From positions 5,270,001-5,334,000 of the forward strand of contig CDPCPM010000016.1 of the NCBI GenBank assembly GCA_976551045.1: DNA of 64,000 bases, read 5' to 3'. Source of the stretch: Glaucostegus cemiculus. Its lineage: Eukaryota. Made by a program: the position numbers and the translations under genes. Shown one piece after another: positions 37,766 to 49,947 of the stretch. Below the pieces are notes generated by a model. That model worked only from the letters and a program-made list of their open reading frames with translations. It ran no database searches and was not told where the DNA came from. Each line of letters starts with the position of its first letter. Position 1 is the first letter of the stretch.

Positions 37766-39544
37766 ATATAGCCAAGGGAGTAAAACCATTAGCGAAAAAT
37801 TCTTGAAACATTTCTTGTTCTTCACTTGGGAGATGTTTTAAGAAAGTTTGCTGTAAATTTTCAAATTCGTCAAATAAATGTTGTATCTTTCTGGCAGTAC
37901 AAGGCATTGAAGGCTACTGTGCAAGTGTTGGTGAGTGGGATTAGTATAGCTGGGTACTTGATGGTCGGCAGGAGTTTACAGGCCGAAGGATCTGTCTGTT
38001 GTATGACGCTAGGACATTAATCAGCAGAGAAAGGACATTGTCGTTCTCGTCCAGTAGAATAAGGCTGGGTGCCTTACAATAGAACACTGGCAAATGAGGA
38101 AGAATAAATACAAAGGATGAAAGTTTTTCCAGTTAACATTGTATTTTCATAGCTGTCTTTACATCTACAACGACCGACCAGGAAGAAGAATATCTTTCAA
38201 CACGAGTATCTTTTGCAACCTATTCTCGCAGCCTGAATGATTACGTGGGCTCCAGTTTTACTCCAGTTATTGAAATCAGGTATTGTCAAGGGTATAGATT
38301 TGTGCTGCCTGTCATGAATCTTGTAGGCCAGAGAACACCATTAGGTGGTATATTTTACAAATGCAGGGAAATCTTTTGATAGAATCTTCCCACTGCCAGA
38401 TTATTCAACTGAAGTGAACTCCAGTATCTAAAGCAGTGACCAAACCGATTGGAATCTCTTTAAATTAATGCAAAAGTGGCAATAAATCGCCTTGTTTTAT
38501 TTTCAGTTTGAACTAAGGGGGAACGAGAGCTCGTAATTACAAGAAGAATCACTTAATAGCAGCATAAAACAAATGATACTTCTCTGAAGTTGTCGATCGG
38601 TGGTTTAGCATTCAGTTCGCCACAGATCCTTCGAACTTGATTGTACTTGGAGATCTGTAACCTGCAGTGTTCCGGACAAAGCTCTGGAAGGTGGCATTGG
38701 GATAAGTTGCTCTTTTTCTACCCATAGTCCAAGTATCCTCGTTCAGTGCCGTAAATTTTCCACGGTTCTATTCTTTCATACTATGAAAGTGCAACGTCTG
38801 ATTGCACTGCCACTTTCTCCCTTATCTGCCTTCTTATACGAACTAATTTCCCGTTCTCTCCTGAAACCTCCTGTCTCCCCAGATGAAATAAAGAATCCAT
38901 CGTTCTACAGGAGAAAAGAAACGGATGAAACTGCTCAAGTGGTTAGTGAGTCACTTCACCAGTGTTGAGGGCCATGAAAAATCTCTGCCTCCCACGGAGG
39001 AACTCTGCACTCGCCTTTACCTGAGGACTGAGCAGAATGCAAATTTAAAAAAAACAGTGAACAAGGTAGGAAATAGAATCAGGAAAAACTGAGACAAGTT
39101 GGAACAATGTGGCTGGCTAATTTTTGGCGGTTCTATAAAAGTGTTCCAGCTAGAAAACTTCGCACCATTATCAGCAACAAAACGCACACACTGCAGTTCT
39201 TCAATTCACTGTTATTCCTGGTAAGTGAAACGTTTCATTTTCACAAGCAAATCGCCAAACCAAAAATACAATAGCTGAAACTCCGAATTGTGCAGCTGCA
39301 ATTGAACTGTAATATCGTGGTTCAACTGCAGAACTGAAAATAGAAAATGAAAATGGGGAAAAAAGCAACTTAAAGTGAAATAAATCTGAGTTTAGAAGTG
39401 GAGGAGGGCAGGGCAAATATGAAGAAAATTGGTTCATACTTGTTCAAAATCGAGGCATAACTTGTGAGAGGTGCTCGTGTTGATCTCTCCTCTGCTGTTC
39501 CGTAGCAGCGGATGTAAAATGTTTTTTGTGACGTACTAATGGGT

Positions 39545-39655
39545 AAGAGTCTGGGGTTCTCACGTTGGTCTTATTGGCCTCCTCAGAACCTGCAAACCTG
39601 GAGTGGAAGTAAGTCAGTCATCCTCGATACAGAGAGACTGCCCAAGAAGAAGAAG
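39545..39655 (+). mobile_element. RTE LINE 3' terminus with (AAG)n tail
   Basis: cctcagaacctgcaaacctggagtggaagtaagtcagtcatcctcgatacagagagactgcccaagaagaagaag, recognised from memory as an RTE 3' end. Confidence 0.55.
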
Positions 39656-42600
39656 CGGGTATCCTACAAGGACCTTCAGCTCCTTTGCTCTCTGCTTTCT
39701 GAACTACTTATTTGATTATTGACCTCAACGTGCTAAACTTTATTAATAATGTTGGCATTTATACGTTGAACATTAATGGGCAAATAATCAATGGTAGTGA
39801 ATATTGGTGGCGTAATCGCTCAAGGGAAATGGCTTAGGTCCTGGGTTTATTATTAAAGTCACTGCAAGCCCACTGATCTTCTAATGAGGGGCCACCCTCG
39901 AAGGTTACCACTCGGTGCAATTTTTTGGTGATAAATTCCAACATTGAATGGTTATGGCGTTATTTCAGGGTCAATTTAGCCTTAAGAGTCCAGAATACTG
40001 TCAGAATACTCTTAGAAGTGTATCCAAGTAACGTGTGCGGGTCCCCTAGGTGTCAGGTAATGAATAGAAAAGATTTTCCATAAACCACCAGTACGCGAAA
40101 CAATCATTACATTGAATAGTGGTGGTTTTATGTTGTAGTTTGCCAGGTAGAAGCACCTTCCGTGTGTTTCCCGGGTAGTGTGAGAGCAAGTCCGTAATGT
40201 TATATTGAAATTGTATGCAATACTGATATGTTGGGAAATACCTGCAGACCTGTTCAACAACAGGATAATGAAGCACAAAAAGCTGGGAAGGTCAGAAGAC
40301 GCTGAGGTGATTTCGCTGAATCCGACAGCTGCCTTCTTCCCATTTAAGTGTTGCTTTCTCTGTGAGACCAGTTGACAGCTTGCACTGCACCAAAGCACTA
40401 ACCCGCGCCTACAGGATTGACAGCTCGTTCCAGAAGACGGAAATGTGACTAATCAGTTTACCTGCTGGGACAGTCATTTCACTGAAATTCAGCTGATAGG
40501 AAGGCTTATTTAAAGGCGCAGCTGATTGGTGGAGCTCCGCGGATACATAGGATGCCTGGTTTGGTATTGATTCGCTCGAACCAGAGGCGGGAAGTTTGAT
40601 CGTTGATCTTGTCATCTTACCAGGGCTGATTTCAGCACCTGTATTATAAAGGAGTAGCAGCTCCCAAATCACTGCCCGGGTACTGCTCTGGAAAATGCAG
40701 GTTTATTGTCATTAAGCGAGGCGGGACTGGATGAGGATGCTTCTTGTTCTTAAATAAACCACCAGCATTCATTGAGGTGGTTCTGTGGTTGGGCTCTAGC
40801 AGATAATGACAGCATTTGAATTATAACTCTCAGAGAACGCACTTTTCACTGGAGCGCGGATTGGGCCAGCTATCAGCGCGCAGGATAGGAGTGGCCAGCT
40901 GGATGAGTTACAAGAACGCCCAGGATTATTAGGGAACATCTCCTTCAGGCAGAAGGAAATCAAACAGCTGTGGATCTAACGAGAACTATTTTACATCCTC
41001 CTCAGCATGTTTGCACCGTGCGCTTTTAATTGAGCGGGAGCTAACATCAGTCAATTACTACATATGAGATTGCAATCAATTATCACAGTGCTAAGGCAAT
41101 CTCACAATCAAAATTTCATACCAGGAATTTGTTCTAAGGTGTTACTTTTTATATATTTGCATTAATTTATACCTCGCTTATCTTTAATGTGCCCGTGGTT
41201 GATAATGCTGAGATCTGGCGCAGACCCCAGAACGCGCCATAGATCATGCCACACACATAATCCAGATGCTAAACTGTGCAAGCGTCGATTCATTATGATA
41301 ATAAAGAATCTACGCGTTATTTGAAGGTGCTCTCTTTAATTATTAATAAAAAATATTTAATAAAAATTATAGTCTGTACAAAACAATTTTAAGGAGTATT
41401 AGAGGAGGTACAGAGTGCTTACTTTAATATACACTACCATATAGTATTTCCAGGAAAATAGATTGCCGTTTACATTTAATTTACAGTTCAATATATACAG
41501 TCAATATAAAGCATAGAATACATATAAACAGTGCATTAATATCTGCCGCAGAGTTGTGACATCAGTCTGTGCAGGGATCACGAGCTGTGACAGTCTCAGC
41601 TCTGGTGATTTGCAATTCCTTTCTCAACTCGAGAAGTGAGTTATCTCAGGCGTAAGTCACGCTGAAGGCTCAAGGGTGGATTACCAGCAGTGTGGATTAT
41701 TGGCGGTATAAATAATATTTTCATCATATCTATGCAACCCAGCATGGGGAGTGGGGCGGGAAGAGGGAGATGTGAGGTGTGAGAGGTGCGGAGTATCCTG
41801 TTGCCGACAGCACCAAGCCTTACGCAACCCTAGAACATGCTGTGCACTTTCCACGCAAAGCTATTTGTGTTACAATTGTCTGCAACTGACTGATATTTAC
41901 GAAATTGGGTGTTATTTTTTGCATAAGGAACATTTAAAACATACAAATATGTGTACATACTGTTTCCAAAAGCATCCCCTCTTCCACCCCCCCACCCCAC
42001 CCCACCCCCACAACGTCAGATGACTTTGGACAGAATGAGGATGAAGGTTCCGCCTAATTTATGTTGAAATGACATCGTACTTTAGCACGCGGCACAAAGT
42101 CAGGTGAAGGCAAAGAACTCTATTTGGAATTATTCAAAACTGTCCAATCATTTTGCCAAGGTTAAAAAGGTATAGATGTTATCATGCAGTTGAATTCTGA
42201 TGGAGGTGTCGTATTGCAATCAGTCAGGCCCTCCGCGCAAGAAATTCAGTAAGGATGTCAAAGCCCTAGGCATAAGCAGTATTGTAACAGGAAAGGGAGA
42301 TCGTCCCAACTTGAGAAAACGTATCAATGCCACTTGTATAAATTCTTATTATAGTCAATGACAGTTATACAATATGCGTCTACCGGAACACGAATATGCT
42401 CAATTTTACTTAAAAGAATTCAACCGAAGGTTCTTAATTTGCTACTGTCGGGGCATTTGGACCAGTATGAGATTTAAAGTATATGTAATGGAACGCAGAT
42501 GGTGCATTGAAGATGGTGATTTGGATAAATGTAAAGGTCGAAATACCGAGGGGTTTAAAATTTGAACTTAAGCAAAGATGTCAATCGTTCTCATTGACAT

Positions 42601-45600
42601 CCCTGAGGATACGTATCTGTGAAACGAAGTTATGAGCAAGAAAATTACACGTGAATGCATCACGTGCTTTTATCAGATTCACACACTTCGCCCATACTGA
42701 ACGAGAAGTGAAGATGTAAAGAAAAGGTTACCCTTCCTGTGTGAGCGGATGACTACACCAGACAGAGCTGGTTTAGGGCATCTGCTAGGAACCTTTCGCT
42801 CTCCGGTTTTTTCCATTTTCCTAAATTTCCAGTGGCACAAAGGTCTAAATCCTTCCGCTATCTGCCCCGGGGCAGGTCCCAGTTTTGAGCCGATATATTC
42901 ACTGCTAATCCGCTTGTGTAGACGGTCCGTTGTAAATTCAACCAGGAACCGTGTGCAGATGCGAACTGTAGATAACATGCGAACTGTTCGCAGGAATGGC
43001 ATATTGTGCCCTAAACACTTTAAAAATGGATCATTTTACCTAATCGTATTCTTTATACACAATAAGAAAGGGGCGCCTTTACAGCTGAACACAGCGGTAT
43101 ACATATTTCCTAGTTTGTGAGTTGCTTTTATGAAGGGGTCGTTTTAGGGGATTTTTAAAAAAATTCCTTTGCTTTTCCCAGAATTCTTTCCTTAAGTTAA
43201 TGTATTGCACATTCAAAATCTCAGTGCCAATAATCCTGGATAATTACGGGCAACCAATAAAACGCCGGTGACCGTAACTGCGTTCAGGAAATTATAAGTA
43301 GCCAACAGATATTGAAAACAGGTCTTTATAAAACATAATTCATTAAAGATCGACTGTCATGGTCGTTATGCGTCTGCAAAGGACGTAAAATCAATTTTAT
43401 GTCCTGGTATGCGACTGTCACATGTTTAACAACGTTTCCCCAATAAGAGTGCGCAGCCAGCGTTTTATTGTACACAACCAGCAACAGTGGAAATTCCAAA
43501 ATCAGCGAGTTCTCTTTAAGGAAGGTGAGCCATGGCTTAAAAATGCCGTAAACTTTACAACCTTACTTAAGTATCTTTTCCTGTTTTATGGTCCAGCCAT
43601 CTGTTGCCATTTTAGGCCAAGTTTCAGCGTTGCTTTGAATACACGTTATGTATTTGGGCCAAATGAGAAAGCCTACTGGCCAATCAGCTGACGAAAGAGT
43701 CTAACGGGCACGTTGAGGTTGGTGAGGGTAGTGGGCCGATGGAGTCCTTAGAACCACCTGGACAGTGACGTTCAACGGTAAACACAAATGTATAGTGCAA
43801 TTAGTCTCTTATCGATTTGCAGCGTATAAATTTGGCACATAAAGTGCCATCATTTTATGATATTGTTTTTGTGTCAGGCAAAGTGGTCCACCTTGAAACG
43901 AAATATCCCTCGCTTGCAGTATCTGGATCTGGATGATGAGCCTCCTTAGGTTCACCGGATTGCAGTTCCGGCGTTGCACTGGGGCTGAATCGACTGTTCA
44001 TTATGGCAGCTCAATGTCCGACTCTGCAAACACTCGCTGAATTCACACTGGCGCGGGGGAGGGGTGGGGGTGTTCCCGCGACATGTTCTTCCATGTTCAG
44101 ATGCGCACATGTTGTCAGTTGTCATGGTTTTACATTTGCCTCGTATAACTGACAGATCGACTTTACACGATAAAGGGAAGACTGGCCCAAAAAGAGGACG
44201 GAATTCTTGTACAGAATACAGAGAATTACCAGGATTTCTCGGGAACTGTTGATGAAAGATGTCCATTGCTCTTTCCAATTGGCACTATGATCTTTTTCCA
44301 CATATATCGCAAATTGCTTTATTTAATATGTCACCCAAAAGGCAGGGTGCCATGGATGAAACAATCGTGAGCTGTACTGTTCTCCAAGGCGAACACTCGG
44401 TCTTCTAAATGGAGCTAACCAACCACGTGTGCGTGACTCTGCGAGGTTTGCCTTATGCTAGGAACAGATTGACTAAATAAAGGTTCAAACCTTAAAATTA
44501 CTGCACGCCAAGGTTTTTGCTTTAGCGTTTGAATTGGATTGTGGGTTCCACTGACGCTGTTAGCGTGAGCGACATAAAGAGCGAGATCTCCAAACATCAT
44601 TATTATCAAGCTTCGCCTGTAACCCTACGCTGAAGCAGACATGGTTGGTTTCACTCTGGTGTTCCTCATTGATGAATTGCCAGTTTTTACTGTTGTGACG
44701 ATGTAACGTAGCGGGCGCGATCTCTCTAGCAGCTCTTTGAGCGACTTGGGAGTAAATATGCAGTTCTGTTCCAGCTACACGGGTGTGTTGCCAATGCACG
44801 GATGCTGCAGTGTTGGAAACAAAGAGTGAGAAGGACTTGGGCGGGCGTACGAAGAATAGTGCCCACAGAGGGTATTCTTGGTGCATGGGGCCCAGGAAGA
44901 CGCCTCCAGGGCTACAGCCAGGAGCTACTGACAGGAGGTCTCTGTAGAGACGTGAGTGCAGTCGGTGAATGCCTGTACTTTGCTGAAGCCTTCGATGCAA
45001 GCAAGTCCCCGAACCTGCTCTCCTTGCTCCTAATGGCTGAAAAAAAAGTACATGGCATCTCCTCTCCCTGAACCTGGATTTTGAGTGACTTCCCTGATGC
45101 ACCAATAAGCAGCAAACTATATATAAAAAAGCAAGGATCAGCAGCAGCAGTCTCCAGTGTTCCTGGGGTTAGGAAGAGTGACGTTCACTCTGATTTCCAC
45201 GGGCAAAGCAATCAAAACACATGAGGTTGTATTTATGTTGGTAGGCTGTCACTGTACGTACAGTGAATACAGTGCTGGTTTCAAGGCAAACAAGGCGAGT
45301 AATAGCTGGTCCGAAATGTCTCTGCAGTCAGGGTTTGCATGTTGCACGACTATTGATGTCATTTGGAGGAGTGTTACAGCAACATGAAGTGCGAGGGACA
45401 ATACTTTTTTTCTTGGAACAAAAATAAAACGAGTTGGATTTCCCAACACATGTGAACGTATCCAGAAGTATGAGAAAAGAATGTTTTACCCTGAGTAGGC
45501 GACTTTCAGCAGCTCGCCACTTTTATGGAATTAACTGAATGTGCTTTCAGCCCTGACTTTCCTGTTTATTTTCATTCCATTCTACTAACAATTAAATAAT

Positions 45601-46249
45601 TACATTTGGCTAATTCAGACTGTGTGCCAAATCTTCTGCTATCTGACCTTAAGTTTTATTTTGTAATACCAAATAAACAGTTAGGATGTATAATGAAATT
45701 CGGGTAAATAAATCAGTTCCTGCCCAAGGCAAGTATGTATGGTTTACGCAAAGGGTTGAATTATTTAATTCATGATCGAAAACTAAATGGATTCTGATAA
45801 TTCTAAGGAAGCTTTGCCATCATTGAACTACACTTCTCTGGAGTAAAAAAATACGCCGATCTGAAGTCATTTCAAAGCTGCTTATTTCTGGGTACCAGCC
45901 AATGTTCTTCCTTCAGGCTCGCCGCCTTGACAAGATTACTGGTCATTTGTGTCATTGCTGCTGGTAGCAGCATGCTGTGAGTTGGATTGGGAAGTGATTC
46001 ATTGAACGACTTGGAACTCGAAGGGAGACTAATAGGCGCGAGGAAATTCAAAATTCTGCAATACTTTGCTTGCACGTATAATGGTGGCTAAAATCAAATA
46101 GACCACTTGGCACCTTTTGATAAAAAGGTGCTTTTTTATTAATGTTTTTTTTCGGTTTTAAAATTCGCACATCAACCCCCACTTTATAAATACGTGGATA
46201 GACTATAAAAATTTAAGGTAGTTGTGGTAAATCTTTATAGACCATTGAA

Positions 46250-46570
46250 TAACCTGCAGTTCTGGTGTTGAGTTCAATTGTATGCCCCGCACTGGAAGGT
46301 AACCTTGGCCTTGGATAGGGTGGAAGGAAACTTAGGAACAGAGATGGCTAGCCATCTGTGCAGAAACTGTAGAAACGGTGAGTAGTCTTCTTGGAGTAGT
46401 GGAAGTTAAGAAGAAATGTTAGGACAATGTTTTATTTTATAGGGAGATTCCGTTTCTGCCGATGGGAGCTTCCCTAACCAAAGGAAACACATTGAACATA
46501 TTGACAGAAAAACGAAAGCGATTGTTGAGATCTGGAATGTACTTCATAAAAAGGTGGCGAAGCAGATGAA
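46250..46570 (+). mobile_element. Highly decayed CR1 3' fragment
   Basis: ttggccttggatagggtggaagg...ttcttggagtagtggaagttaagaagaaatg...gagatctggaatgtacttc is collinear with the other CR1 3' ends. Confidence 0.45.
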
Positions 46571-47850
46571 AATTTGCACCAATCCAAGGATGCTACAGAT
46601 GTGAAACCATAACTGCTGCTTTCGAACAGAACTGTTATTATGATCAATGGCACACAGTACCCCTTCTACAGAAATGGTTTCTGTGGCCCTGATCTAACCT
46701 GTTTAAAGCGTCGTCGTCCCTTTTAAGTTTCCGAGAAGTTTAGGTCCACTTCGTATGCCCTACGCAATAATTCTGAATATTCTGTAATTACACGAGTAAA
46801 GTAAAATATTCGCATCTTTTGTTAAAAGGGAAATAGAAATGTGGAAACGAGATTGAAGTTTACAGTATTTGTTTTGATATTTCTGTCCAAGTCTGAATTG
46901 GAAATACCATCATTGGAATATACGGAAGAGGTCATAAATACTTATTTCAAATGGAAGTATTTGGACCAGTAGTTTGCCCTTAACAATGCAAATCTACACT
47001 GCTGCCAATTAACGGTGAAATTGATATTGAATGTCCTAATTAGACATTATATGTAAACTGATTTAGAATTGTAGTGGAGTACTTTTTCAAGACAATGGAT
47101 GTGTCATTTAAATGGAGTCGTACTATTCTATGAACTTTGATGCTATTTTAACAGTCTAATTTTTCAGATTCGTGGGGAGGCGGGTGGAGATGGGGTGAGT
47201 GGGGGAGGTGTAATCATCTCTGCTTTTCTCTCTCCTCGAAGGGTTAATCTGCGATAGGCAGATATGTGATCTTGGCGAGGATAGAGCTGGGTTTCCCTTT
47301 CAACGGTTGCCGTCTAGGCCTTTCGCTTGCAGCTGGCTCACGTTTGTTAGCACATGTTAATAATGATCAAAACCAGATCGGCCGCTCCTTCGTTACAGCA
47401 AGGATGCCCTCGCCAGGGCAGTTTGGTGATCAGATTGCAAATAATGAGTGAATGAGCGCGCTAAGTCACGCTACAGAAATAGCAGATGGAACGGATTTTA
47501 CGTTTAAGTGAACTTCCCAACCTGTCAGCACCCATCGCTGGAGGTTTTGATTTTTAAAGATTGTAGGCTTCGATTGATGCATTAGGGTCAGTCCTCCGTC
47601 TTAATTACAAATTAAGAACATGGGTGTATTTAGTACAGCTCATAATCCAATTCATAAAACGCTGAAGCCTTAGATTGTTGGATCTTTCGCCGATGTGATG
47701 GCCTAGGAAGTCGCCATTCCCTGTGGCCAGGGGTGATCCTCCCCACGGCAGCACCTCGCTGAGATGCACTTGAGAATAATGGGGCATTGTTCAACCCGCT
47801 GCAGTATTTAGCTTCACATAAGATCAGACTGGAGGGCCGGTGTCAAGGCG

Positions 47851-48752
47851 CTACCTGCACCCGCACGATTCCACCACCATGTCTTCATACTGCTTATAAA
47901 CCACATTGTTGCCCGAGTCGATATACAATATGCTGATGGGGCTGAGTTTGGATGGGACGCAGCAGCTGGGCGGCGTGGACTCGGGGTCCATGGAGTTCAT
48001 CAGAGTTTGTATAATGGCGTGGTTGGTGGGTTCAAGGTGGGATCTGAGCGGGAAGTCGCAGATCCCTTCACAATGGTATGCCTCGTAATCTAAAGGGGCG
48101 ATGATCCAATCGTCCCAGCCCAGCTCCTTGAAATTGACATGAAGAGGTTTCCTGCTGCACCTCGACCTGGCTTTCTTGCCGCTTCCTCTGCTAGACCTGC
48201 TGGAGAAGGCAGTCCTCCTTTTCCTGCGGCGCTTCACACTGGGTTCGCGGCTCACTTGCAGAGAGTCCGACCCACCCAGAGATCGGATCTTCTCTCTGAT
48301 CTCCCGAAAGAGGTTTTCCTTTTTCTTCGTGTTGCTGAACGCCACCAACAAGGCTTTTTCCTGAGGCTGGAGATCAGAGCGATTGAATCCCAAAAGTCGA
48401 GGATCTAAAGCCTTCTGGGAGTAATCGGAAATGATTTCCACATCTAAACACAGTAGGTTAGCAGTGATGTGGCTTTTCATTAATTCCCACACGTCGAACA
48501 CTTGCCATCTTGACGAATCGACGTCCAATATGTCAACTGTCCTCGAATCGAGGGGTTTCGGTGGGGGATCCCCCCGCTCGGGGCAGGAATAAAGTAAAAT
48601 CCGATACATGCTGCCTCCCAGGGAGAGCGCCGCACGGAGGTCTCCGGGCAACTTTCGAAAGATCCTCAGCTCGGCTCCCACAAGCTCCTCCGTGTTTGGC
48701 AATTTGGAAATATCAAACAGGTATCTCTGTTTCTTCTCAAGGGGAGCTCCGT
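47851..48752 (-). CDS. GDF7: GDF7 exon 2: rest of the prodomain, furin site and mature TGF-beta cystine-knot domain
   Basis: Acceptor tctttttcag|AC at 48753/48752 gives (D)[33 protein letters not shown]. Polybasic site KRRRKRR at 48214-48234. Seven-Cys domain [32 protein letters not shown]...CCVP...VVESCGCR*. Spliced CDS is 325+902=1227 nt (408 aa) with a 12427-bp intron. CSRKP and APLDY, plus the neighbouring LDAH, favour GDF7 over GDF6 or GDF5. Confidence 0.92.
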
Positions 48753-48947
48753 CTGAAAAAGAAGACGCGAGAAATTAAAGTCAGAAGCTGGGGGACAAGG
48801 CTGGAGCAAGGGGCAAAGAAAACGCTCTCTGATACAAAGAAGGATAAACTGAATCGTGAAAGTGACATTGACTCAAAAGTTAAAGGTAGCTACGCACACC
48901 GATACTGCTCCTGCACACATTGTGGTTGTGCACACTTTACTATATAG

Positions 48948-49175
48948 AGGCACAAGGGGTTGCAGATGCTGCAATCTGGAGCAAACAAGAAACACACTGC
49001 TGGAGGAACTCAGCGATTAAAATACGTTGGTGAATCTTCCATAGGAGATGGAAACGGACAGTACGGGGCTGTGGGACTGGAGTCCAGATGAAGGGTCTCG
49101 ACCTAAAACGTCGACTATCCATTTCCCTCCACAGGCGCTGCCTGATCCGCTGAGTTCCTCCAGCAGTTTGTTTCT
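48948..49175 (+). mobile_element. Penelope-like palindromic repeat with hammerhead-like core
   Basis: Arms ctgctggaggaactcagcg and cgctgagttcctccagcag are a perfect 19-bp inverted pair. Internal motif ccagatgaagggtctcgacctaaaacgtcgac. Confidence 0.65.
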
Positions 49176-49402
49176 CACTAACTTTACAATTTCGGGGATT
49201 GCATCTTGCTGGCGCACATCCAGTTATTTGCCTTTTCTTTCATTTTATATGTATTTAGGATAATCTCTGTAATGCTAAGGAGCTTAATTTTCTCGTTTCC
49301 ATTTGTTGATATTTTGTTGATTAGTTGAAACAGAGACGCCACCCAACGCCCTTTCAATGAGACAGTGGACTGATTACACTGCAATTTCTACTCTTCCCAC
49401 TT

Positions 49403-49947
49403 AAGAACATAGAACATTACAGCACAGTACAGACCCTTCGGCCCACGATTTTGTGCCGACATTTTATCCTGCTCTAATATCTATCTAACCCTTCCCTCCC
49501 ACATATTCCCCCCGTTTTTCTATCATCCATATGCCTACCTAAGAGTACCTTAAATGCCCCTAATGTATCTGCGCCCACAACCTCTGTCGGCAGTGCGTTC
49601 CATGCACCCACCACTCTCTGTGTAGAACGGTTCGTTATACTTTCCCCCAAGCACCTTAAAATTATGACTCCTCGTGTTAGCCATTGTCGCCCTGGGGAAA
49701 TAAGTCTCTGACTGTCCTCTCGATCTATGCCTCTGATCATCTTGTACACCTCTATCAAGTCACCTCTCATCTTCCTTCTCTCCAAAGAGAAAAGCCCTAG
49801 TTCAGTCAACCTATCTTCATAAGACATGCTCTCCATTCCAGGCAGCATCCTGGTAAATCTCCTCTGCACCTTCTCTAAAGCTTCCACATCCTTCCTGTAA
49901 TGAGGCGACCAGAAGTGAACACAACTTTCTAAGTGTGGTCTAACCAG
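49403..49947 (-). mobile_element. Relatively young 5'-truncated CR1 LINE in the GDF7 intron
   Basis: ORF 49474-49887 ALEKVQRRFTRMLPGMESMSYEDRLTELGLFSLERRKMRGDLIEVYKMIRGIDR...RVVGAWNALP. (AGAACAT)n tail at about 49403. Confidence 0.9.

Noticed and set aside
44560-45130. 181-aa minus-strand ORF and adjacent TATATAAAA
   Set aside because: No domain similarity and a non-ATG start. The TATA-like tract has no supported downstream gene.
46110-46140. Hairpin plus T run resembling a rho-independent terminator (GCACCTTTT-gata-AAAAGGTGC-TTTTTT)
   Set aside because: This is eukaryotic DNA. The T run is better read as a minus-strand AATAAA, and a 9-bp stem can arise by chance.
47851-48702. ORF-track start at TTG 48702, and a GDF6 or GDF5 label
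   Set aside because: The exon really starts at the acceptor at 48752 and splices to 61180. Residues (CSRKP, APLDY, KEL) and LDAH synteny favour GDF7.
47906-48947. Plus-strand ORFs overlapping GDF7 exon 2 (also 61293-61685 over exon 1)
   Set aside because: They are antisense shadows of GC-rich coding sequence.
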